From Promethearchaeota archaeon (GTDB lineage Archaea > Asgardarchaeota > Lokiarchaeia > Sigyniarchaeales > SOKP01), in NCBI GenBank assembly GCA_019058295.1, contig JAHPZI010000012.1, positions 1-23,453 on the forward strand: a DNA stretch of 23,453 nucleotides. Direction: 5' to 3'. A program made the translations under genes and the position numbers. Each line of letters starts with the position of its first letter. The stretch's first letter is position 1. Below, piece after piece: positions 15,948 to 23,453 of this stretch. Below the pieces are notes generated by a model that searched no databases, was not told the DNA's origin, and was given only the letters and a program-made list of their open reading frames with translations.

Positions 15948-17393
15948 TTAAGTTTTATATTCATCCCCAACAATTTCATCTAAATTCTTCACAAATTGTA
16001 TTGCACCAGTTAGAAATCTTGGAAGATGTTTAAAAGTCCAATTGAATGCTGGATAATATCTGAAGATTCCTCGAATAGATTTTTTTAAATGGTACTCCAG
16101 ATCGTAAAAAGAGTGATAACTTTCCATAAGTAATTCTTGAATGTCATCCTGCGTTAAATCCGGTGTAGACATGGGGGGTTTCACTTGACCAACCTTTCTG
16201 TCTGCCCATTTAAAGTCTTTTTCTACCCAACCTTTTTCAACAGCTTCAGTATGAAGTTGAGTTCCAGGAAAGGGTGTTATAGGATTAGTCATCATAAAAT
16301 CAATTTCAACTTCTTTCATCAATTTAAAATTTGTTAGAGTATCTTCTTTTGTTTCACCAATATTACCAATTATAAAGCTCCCAAAGACTATTATACCATT
16401 ATAATGACATAAATCAATACACTTTCGTACCTTATCAAGGGAATACGCTTTTTTCATTTCATCCAAAGACACTTGTTTAAGGCTCTCAAATCCTAAGAAA
16501 AAACAAATGAAACCACTTTCATGCATTTCTTTAACCATATCAGGATTATTAGCAATGTCATCTACTCTAGATTGACAAACAAACATTAATTTTTTATTAA
16601 GACGAGATTTTTTAAGTAATTTGCAAATTCGCATCACTCTTTTTTTATTCAACGTGAAATTATCATCCACAAAAAAAACAAGTTTAGTTTGTGAGGGAAC
16701 TTGATATAATTCTTTAATAACCCGTTCGGGCGTTTTTGTTCTATAGGTTCTTTTATAAAATTCATGAACACAGCAAAAACTACAGGTAAATGGACATCCC
16801 CTCGAAGTTTCACAGACCCAAGAAGGCATCCATGTATATTGGTAAGGACTAGGATCTACTAGATCATTTCGAGGATATGGTAGATCATTTAAATTTTTCA
16901 TAAAAGGTCTCTCAGGATTGTGATACACCTTTCCATTTTCTCTATACGATAAACCTAAAATATCCTTTTTTGGTTTACCATCTATAATTTCCTTAAATGT
17001 TATTTCGCCTTCGCCCCTAACAATCATATTAATACTATCGTATTTATCAATAATACTTGGATCTAAAGTAGGATGAAAACCACCTATTACTGTTTTTATA
17101 TTATTTCTTTTTGCTAATTTACAAATATTCAAAACAATTCTGAACGTAGGAGACATACATGTAATTCCAACTAAATCGTACTGAACCAATTTCTTTTCCA
17201 TCTCTTTAATTCCATAGGATTTGTCAACATTTAAATCAAGGACATCAACTTTATGTTCGGTAATAGTCCCAGCCAGAGTTAATATGTTTAATGGGGGGCT
17301 ACATATTATAGAACTCATTCCTTTACCGGACGGAAATGGTGGATATATCAATAGTATTTTCAATTTGATCACTTTTTTGATTATTGAAACCAA
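15948..17393 (-). CDS. B12-binding domain radical SAM protein
   Basis: N-terminal KILLIYPP..PPL, GGFHPT and GEGE motifs; ETSRGCPFTCSFC (CxxxCxxC), FVDDNF, GFES and TPFPGT. The true start may be a few codons downstream. Confidence 0.93.
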   Translation of the reverse strand: MVSIIKKVIKLKILLIYPPFPSGKGMSSIICSPPLNILTLAGTITEHKVDVLDLNVDKSYGIKEMEKKLVQYDLVGITCMSPTFRIVLNICKLAKRNNIKTVIGGFHPTLDPSIIDKYDSINMIVRGEGEITFKEIIDGKPKKDILGLSYRENGKVYHNPERPFMKNLNDLPYPRNDLVDPSPYQYTWMPSWVCETSRGCPFTCSFCCVHEFYKRTYRTKTPERVIKELYQVPSQTKLVFFVDDNFTLNKKRVMRICKLLKKSRLNKKLMFVCQSRVDDIANNPDMVKEMHESGFICFFLGFESLKQVSLDEMKKAYSLDKVRKCIDLCHYNGIIVFGSFIIGNIGETKEDTLTNFKLMKEVEIDFMMTNPITPFPGTQLHTEAVEKGWVEKDFKWADRKVGQVKPPMSTPDLTQDDIQELLMESYHSFYDLEYHLKKSIRGIFRYYPAFNWTFKHLPRFLTGAIQFVKNLDEIVGDEYKT

Positions 17394-17563
17394 AAATTTC
17401 TATTATTTTCTATTTATAAGACGCCCTAAGACGCCCCATGAATTATTTCATAAAATAATGGAAAAAATAAATAGTTATTCTTATTAATCTAAATGTTTGA
17501 GGTCTTTCTAATTGTTGAATTTGATTATTTGAAAAAAAAATAAAATTAAATTAAGTATTAAAA

Positions 17564-18196
17564 TTATTTTTTAGATAATGGAGTTCCACAAAACGAACAA
17601 TAAGCCGCATCTCTTTGATCGAGTTCAGCGTTGCATCCTGGGCAAGTAATTGTAACCCCCATTTTTGTAGGAATTCCTTTAGTTACCTTATTAAATGTTT
17701 TTTTTAATAATTCCTGAACTTCTTCAATTCTACCATCAATTTCTTTCTCTTCTGCATCATCTGATAATGAATGAATATATACTGAAGCTAACTCAATTAA
17801 GAAATTTTTAATGAATTTCATTTGATCTTGAAAATTATTATTAACTTTTATTTTTAAGATTCTCTCTCCTGATTCCGTTAAAAAATATACTTTTTTTAAT
17901 GGACCAATCTCGCTTTTAACTTGCTTAATTTTCAAGAAGCCTTTAGATTTTAATTTCGATAGAATTGGATAAATAGTCCCTGACTGAGCTGTCCAAGTTC
18001 CAGCAAAATGATCATTTAATCTCTGGATTAAATCATATCCCGAAAACCCTTTATTATTGAAAATAAATTCGAGAATAGTAAACTCTAATGGAGTAAGCTT
18101 TTGTTTTCCTTTTATACTTTCTTTTATTTTCTTTCTAATCTCAGATGCCAAATCTTCTATGTCTGCTTTAAGATCTAAAAATTTACCTAACCACAT
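17564..18196 (-). CDS. PadR-family transcriptional regulator with a C-terminal double zinc ribbon
   Basis: SGYDLIQRL...SGTIYPILSKL...KKVYFLTESG, with a C-terminal CPGC-x10-CSFC. Confidence 0.92.
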   Translation of the reverse strand: MWLGKFLDLKADIEDLASEIRKKIKESIKGKQKLTPLEFTILEFIFNNKGFSGYDLIQRLNDHFAGTWTAQSGTIYPILSKLKSKGFLKIKQVKSEIGPLKKVYFLTESGERILKIKVNNNFQDQMKFIKNFLIELASVYIHSLSDDAEEKEIDGRIEEVQELLKKTFNKVTKGIPTKMGVTITCPGCNAELDQRDAAYCSFCGTPLSKK

Positions 18197-18216
18197 TTAA
18201 ATTGATCCCCTCCCTC

Positions 18217-18717
18217 TTATAATTCATTTCTTTTTCTCGCTAGCTTTTCCATCTCTTTATCGACTGCTTTATCAATTTTAGATTTCTTTTCTCCATCTTC
18301 AGTTAATTCCTCTCTGAAAAATAAGAGATAAACGAAAATATAAATTAATACACCAGCACCTGCAAAAATTGTAGGATATAATGCCCAATTGATAACCCCT
18401 AACGTAATAAAGTTTGTAATAAATAAAAAGAGCATAGTAAAGAGATATGCTGTAATTGTATAAAGTAATGCCCTTTTACCCATCGGATATACGCCTCTAG
18501 CATACATTACATAGCTTAACCAATGAATTGCTAAGCCAATAAGCCAGGCAAAAAAAGGAAATACAACCCATAAAAACTTAACAGTCAAGAGATTTATGAA
18601 AAGTAATACTCCATTAACTAGAAAAAAAATTATAACGTGGATTTTAACTGAATATCTAAACTTTACCTTTTGCTCCGCTATTTTTCTTAATTCCTTATCT
18701 GATAATGTGTTACTCAT
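18217..18717 (-). CDS. Tandem 2TM-domain membrane protein
   Basis: IHVIIFFLVN..L..IN....W..FP...W.IGL.IH is the 2TM pattern, repeated degenerately in the second half. It ends 20 bp upstream of padR. Confidence 0.8.
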   Translation of the reverse strand: MSNTLSDKELRKIAEQKVKFRYSVKIHVIIFFLVNGVLLFINLLTVKFLWVVFPFFAWLIGLAIHWLSYVMYARGVYPMGKRALLYTITAYLFTMLFLFITNFITLGVINWALYPTIFAGAGVLIYIFVYLLFFREELTEDGEKKSKIDKAVDKEMEKLARKRNEL

Positions 18718-19066
18718 TTTTTTTTACCTTTTTTTTAAACATTTTTTAGTTACTCATTATATGTGTTTTCTCATATTTAAATTGTTGGATCTATATAGTG
18801 GTCTATGAGGCTAAGAAACACACCAGACCATGAGAAGAGGCAATATGAATCTACGGATACATTGGCGATTCTACATACCGATCTCTAAGGCTCATGACAC
18901 AATATATTAGGAGTAGAAGAGTTCAAAAAAAATCAATAAAAATTAAAAACTTTTCTGATTAACTTCAAGTGTTAATACGATATTCTAATATTATATACTA
19001 AAAATATTAATACTCTTCAAAATTAAATAGGATTATTAATATTCTATTTTCAAGGTGTAAAATATA

Positions 19067-19996
19067 ATGGATAGTACTAAAATTACCTTTGTCGGTTTGG
19101 ATAATGCGGGTAAAACTTCAATCATTCAGTTTTTGCAAAAGAAATTGACGTTAGGTGAAACTATAGTTCCTACAAAAAAGGCAGAAGTAACTTCTCAAGA
19201 AATATCCTTATTGGGATTAAATATCACTCATTGGGATTTAGGTGGACAAGAACAATACAGAACACTTTATTTTGAAAATAAAAAGAAATATTTCTCCGAT
19301 GTACCAATATTAATTTTTGTCATAGATATAAAAGATAAGGTAAGATATGATACCGCATTAGCCTATTTGAAGAAAGTTATGGAAACCTTAAAGGAATTTG
19401 AAAATGAAACTAAAATATTAGTTTTATTCCATAAATATGATCCTAATTCAGTTGAAATCTCAGATTTGTTGAAATCTTCAGAGGATTTAAGAGAAAAGAT
19501 TTTGAAGTTTCAAATTTTTAAGGATATAACATTCTACAACACCTCAATTTATAATAATCTATCAATTTTAGGACCCTTTTCAACCCTCACTACTTCCCTT
19601 AGTGGAAAACCTCAATTCATACAAAATCTGTTAACAGACTACTGTGAAAAAACAAAAAGTAATGCTGCCATACTCTTCGATACACGCAACTTTATAGTTG
19701 ATGGAAAAGCAGAAAAAGGGGTCTATATTAAAGTATTAGATGTAGTGGCGGAAATATATGCATCAGGAATTGAAAAAATGGAAGAGTGGTCACTTGAGAC
19801 TTTGGATATAATGTCGCAAATTAAATATATTGATGCTCAAAGTGATGATAATCGTGCTACTATTCTAATTCAAATAGTTAAAAAGGTTCCAAGACTATAT
19901 GTAGTAATATTAACTTTGAATTCTGAAACAAAAGATTTAGCTTATAAACATTTGAGTACATTAGCAGATAAAATCACTGAGCTTTTAAACAATTAG
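19067..19996 (+). CDS. Arf/Rag-like small GTPase with a C-terminal roadblock/longin-like domain
   Basis: G1 GLDNAGKT, G2 PT, G3 WDLGGQ, G4 HKYD and G5 TSI, plus a C-terminal domain of about 130 aa (AAILFDTRNFIV). Confidence 0.9.
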   Translation: MDSTKITFVGLDNAGKTSIIQFLQKKLTLGETIVPTKKAEVTSQEISLLGLNITHWDLGGQEQYRTLYFENKKKYFSDVPILIFVIDIKDKVRYDTALAYLKKVMETLKEFENETKILVLFHKYDPNSVEISDLLKSSEDLREKILKFQIFKDITFYNTSIYNNLSILGPFSTLTTSLSGKPQFIQNLLTDYCEKTKSNAAILFDTRNFIVDGKAEKGVYIKVLDVVAEIYASGIEKMEEWSLETLDIMSQIKYIDAQSDDNRATILIQIVKKVPRLYVVILTLNSETKDLAYKHLSTLADKITELLNN

Positions 19997-20095
19997 ATAC
20001 CCCACTTTTTTCAATATTCTTCAGAAATCTTATATAAAAATAAGGAAAAAAAAGAAGAATTATTGAATTAGAATAGATATTAGCTTATTAATTTC

Positions 20096-21139
20096 CTATT
20101 TTATCATAGAATAATTGTTTTTTATTGCTACTTCTGCTTGCTTTATTATGCTTTCAATGATATCGTTAACATCTTTAATACTATCAATAATACCGATTGA
20201 TTGGCCTAATAATACTGCTCCATTTTCAGTATCTCCTTTATATACCCTTTCATAAGCGTCTAATTCTTTTAGCATATCATCCATAGTTATGTTTTTTTCG
20301 TGTTCAAGCATCTCCTCTTTAGAGCCAGGAGCAGGGTGTTCTGAAGCATATTTATTCTTGAATAAACGAATAGGACCAAAAGCTCCCCAGTGTAACCCTG
20401 TATCTTGTGGGCTACCTGGTGGAACTAATGCTTTGTAATTTTCATGAAATTCACTTTGTTTTGAGGCAATAAATCGTGAACCCATGGCTATAGCTCCTGC
20501 ACCGAGTGAAAGAGCTGCAGCCAACCCCTCTCCTGTAGCAAATCCACCACATGCTATTTTAGGCACATCAGGAAAAACTTTATTAATTTGCTGAAGTAGT
20601 ACTAGTGTAGTTACTTTTTCAAAGGATTGATGACCGCCCCCTTCAGTACCAGTAATAACCATTCCATCTACTTTGGAATCTACACATTTTTGTGCTAACC
20701 ATACAGCTGGTGCTACATGAAAATGCTTTATCTCCGAAACCTTTCTTAATTCTTGAAAATACTTAGACGAAGGCAAGAATCTCGAGGATCCAGCAGACGT
20801 TAGAATATAAATACATTGTTCTTTTATTTTAGGGTCGCTCATGATTAGTTTTGGGACTTTTCTAACCATTTCTTTGACTCCACGATTGTTACGAGATGTA
20901 AGGATATTAAGACCAAAGGGTTTATCAGTATGTTCAACCATAAATTTCATACTTTCTAAATGTTCTTTAGTCGGATTTGTACCAGCTATGTTAACATTTG
21001 ATAAAACACCCAAACCACCTGCTTCACTAACTGCAAGTGCCAATTCACGCGTAAAGAATGGCCCCATCGGGGCACTAAATATTGGATGCTTTATTCCAAA
21101 CATTTTGGTTATATTTGTCTCTATCATTTTAAGAATCAC
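20096..21139 (-). CDS. Nitronate monooxygenase / FabK-like FMN-dependent oxidoreductase
   Basis: HPIFSAPMG, AVSEAGGLG, GTEGGGH, GGFATG, MGSRF and GQSIG motifs. Confidence 0.92.
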   Translation of the reverse strand: MILKMIETNITKMFGIKHPIFSAPMGPFFTRELALAVSEAGGLGVLSNVNIAGTNPTKEHLESMKFMVEHTDKPFGLNILTSRNNRGVKEMVRKVPKLIMSDPKIKEQCIYILTSAGSSRFLPSSKYFQELRKVSEIKHFHVAPAVWLAQKCVDSKVDGMVITGTEGGGHQSFEKVTTLVLLQQINKVFPDVPKIACGGFATGEGLAAALSLGAGAIAMGSRFIASKQSEFHENYKALVPPGSPQDTGLHWGAFGPIRLFKNKYASEHPAPGSKEEMLEHEKNITMDDMLKELDAYERVYKGDTENGAVLLGQSIGIIDSIKDVNDIIESIIKQAEVAIKNNYSMIK

Positions 21140-21287
21140 CTTTAATTGAATAAAGCTTTAAAATTTTTAAAGCTAATTTTTTGGAATTATATCTTTTATT
21201 CTTAGTTTCTAAGATTTTAAAGATTTCTTGAAAAAATTCTTATTTCAAGAATAAAATGAGAATAATAAAAGTGAAAAGTTAATTTTT

Positions 21288-21752
21288 TTAATATTTTTGC
21301 TCTAATATAAGAACTCTTGGAAAAAATCCGTATTTTTCGTAAAAGGGCAAAACATTTTCATTACCATATGCAACTAATATCTTTTTAAATCTGATTTCTT
21401 TTAAATCGAACCATTCTAAAGATGATTTGATAAATTGATCCCCAATTTTCTTGTTGCGGTAATTCTTTTCAATATAAATTGAATCGATTTCGCCAAATTC
21501 TTTATTGTAGACGGTGGATATACAATATCCAATCAATTTATTTTTGTCCTTTGCGATTTGAATAAAAAATTGTGTGTCAGGGGATTTAATTAATTTCTCT
21601 TTTCGTTCCTCAAAACTGAATTGTGAATAATATTTAGAGAAATATTTAGACTTCTGTTTATGTAAATGATTTAAATCCTCCCATAATGGTTTAATCAAAT
21701 TAATATCATTAATAGAAATTCTTTCAATATTTATTTTCATAATAAATATCAA
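21288..21752 (-). CDS. GNAT family N-acetyltransferase
   Basis: GEIDSIYIEKNYRNKKIG (motif A) and N...FYEKYGF. Confidence 0.92.
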   Translation of the reverse strand: MIFIMKINIERISINDINLIKPLWEDLNHLHKQKSKYFSKYYSQFSFEERKEKLIKSPDTQFFIQIAKDKNKLIGYCISTVYNKEFGEIDSIYIEKNYRNKKIGDQFIKSSLEWFDLKEIRFKKILVAYGNENVLPFYEKYGFFPRVLILEQKY

Positions 21753-22400
21753 TTTCTAACCTATAAAAGATTTAAATCTTTTTTCTGCAATTATAAGTTC
21801 AATCTAAACTTCAAAAAATGCTAAAATTTTAACAGTATAATAAAGAGTTAATAAATATCAAATCACATTTGATACCGCATTCACAATTTTAATAATTATT
21901 TTTACTACTAAATTCAATACTTACTTAATTATAATGATCATACTGCCTAATATTACAATTATTACTCTTATTTCACGATTAAAATTTATTTTTACTATTT
22001 ATTTTTATTATTACATATTTTCAATATTAACAGAAAAATATTTTCAATATTAGCTAGGCATAAAATAATTTTATTCAAAATTTTTTAAATCTCCATAAAA
22101 TTCTAATAAAACAGTGTTTAGATAAAATTTTATCATAATTAAAATCTCTATTAGTTTTATTATAAAAAAGTTACTTCATCTTTTTGATTTGATCATTGAT
22201 CGAATGATGACGGATTTTTATTAATTATATAGATGTTACAAATTTTTTGTCGAAATTTTTTCACATACCTTCTTCAAATTTTTCCAATTCTTCAAAACAT
22301 TTAAATAATTCTTCGGATATAATTATAACTAAGAACTTAACAAAAATAACTAAAAAAAAATTAAAAACCTAAATTTTAAAAAAAAAATTTTAACCTTAAT

Positions 22401-22405
22401 GGAGG
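22401..22405 (+). promoter_or_regulatory. Shine-Dalgarno site of the histone gene
   Basis: GGAGG 8 nt upstream of the ATG at 22414. Confidence 0.7.
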
Positions 22406-22413
22406 AATAAAAA

Positions 22414-22632
22414 ATGGCTAAAAAGAAACATAGTTTCGCATGGAGCCCAATCCGAAGGCTCATGAAACAACAAGGTGCAAGCATAGTGGCGAGAAATGCT
22501 GTGGACTTATTAATTGATCATTTAGAAAAAACAGCTACTGCATTGACTGAACAAGCACGAGCATTCACTATGCATGCGAACAGAAAGAAAATCACCAAGA
22601 ATGACCTCGTATTGTCGATTAAATACTTATAG
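22414..22632 (+). CDS. Archaeal histone (HMf-like histone fold)
   Basis: PIRRLMK..GA..V...A...L...LE.........A.....HANRKKIT..D pattern in 72 aa. Confidence 0.93.
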   Translation: MAKKKHSFAWSPIRRLMKQQGASIVARNAVDLLIDHLEKTATALTEQARAFTMHANRKKITKNDLVLSIKYL

Positions 22633-22661
22633 AGATATTTCTTGAGATTTATCTTTAATTC

Positions 22662-22687
22662 TTTTTATTTTTTTTTTTCTTATTTTT
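22662..22687 (+). terminator. Oligo-T terminator after the histone gene
   Basis: Long T tracts about 30-55 nt after the stop codon. Confidence 0.55.
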
Positions 22688-22818
22688 AAATGTTTTAAAG
22701 GTCAATTCAATTTTGAACCTCAATTATTATCCAAAATCAATGATTTGATCGATAACTAATAATTTTTAAATAGTGAAAGTAAAATTATAGTATTGGTGAT
22801 ATCAAGAGGAATTTTGCT

Positions 22819-23337
22819 ATGTTAAATATATTTAAAGATAAACATGAAATTAATCTTAGTACCCAAAAATTTATTTTACAAATGTGTTGGGCGCAACATG
22901 ATGGTCAATGGTTTTTAAAAACGAAAAGAAAGGACGGTACTGAAGTTAGTAATGAAAGAAATCTAGAAGTAATACGCTCAATGTCAAAAATTGAAGCTAA
23001 GCATATATTAAATGCTATAGGATATAAAAAAGGGGTACAATATTCGATTCAAGAGCTCTTTAAAATTATTAATACGATTCTTGATATAATATTACCAAAA
23101 ATAATGAAATTTAAGTTATATATCAATTCCGATAAAGAAGGTGGGGCTCTTGTGAAAAAATGTTTTATCTGGGAACAAGTTAAAAAAGCTAAAGGAGAAA
23201 AGGAGTACAATTGTATGTGTATGCCGAGGCTTCAAGGTTGGCTTCATGCCATGGAAGTGAATGCTGAAGTTAAAGCCTTACAACTCATTCCTGAGGGGGA
23301 TAAACATTGTGAATTCAGATTTATTTTAAAGGAGTAA
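22819..23337 (+). CDS. DUF6125-like protein (V4R/ATC-hydrolase-like Cys pattern)
   Basis: WAQHDGQWF near the N-terminus, with Cys pattern C.IW...C..C...C.FRF. Confidence 0.6.
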   Translation: MLNIFKDKHEINLSTQKFILQMCWAQHDGQWFLKTKRKDGTEVSNERNLEVIRSMSKIEAKHILNAIGYKKGVQYSIQELFKIINTILDIILPKIMKFKLYINSDKEGGALVKKCFIWEQVKKAKGEKEYNCMCMPRLQGWLHAMEVNAEVKALQLIPEGDKHCEFRFILKE

Positions 23338-23453
23338 GAGAATTGGAGTCAATTTTGAAAAAAAAAAATCCATATAGATATTATACTCATAAAATAATAA
23401 ACAGTATCAAAGGAAGTAAAAGCATAAAAATCCATTGAACTGTATTTCTATAA

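Noticed and set aside
18829-18896. SECIS or hammerhead interpretation of the intergenic hairpin
   Set aside because: The AUGA/GA spacing does not give a proper SECIS helix, no selenoprotein gene lies upstream on that strand, and the CUGAUGA hammerhead core is absent.
22204-22260. Box C-like ATGATGA suggesting a C/D guide RNA
   Set aside because: There is no CTGA box D at a suitable distance.

Overview
This AT-rich archaeal window is almost certainly from an Asgard archaeon (Lokiarchaeia-like). That call rests on an HMf-type histone, an Arf/Rag-like GTPase, a longin-like protein, a proteasome beta subunit and GGTGA/GGAGG ribosome-binding sites. Its core (about 4.2-15.9 kb) is a eukaryote-like protein-modification and proteolysis neighbourhood. 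A minus-strand run encodes a ubiquitin-like modifier ending in a single Gly plus one residue (TAG-I), a UBA3/UBA2-style E1, a UBC-fold E2, a JAMM isopeptidase and a roughly 6-TM membrane protein with a RING finger. Around it lie a non-conjugatable paralogue of the modifier fused to a Zn-ribbon-like domain, a stand-alone copy of that domain, a coiled-coil protein, a coiled-coil RING protein, a Thr1-less proteasome beta subunit and a roughly 9-TM protein with a RING-spaced C8 finger. The rest holds proA, a LysE transporter with a decayed duplicate fragment upstream, a B12-binding radical SAM enzyme, PadR/2TM, an NMO/FabK-family enzyme, a GNAT and a DUF6125-like gene. No tRNA, rRNA, CRISPR array or mobile element was recognised. 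All family assignments come from motif recognition by eye, without database searches.
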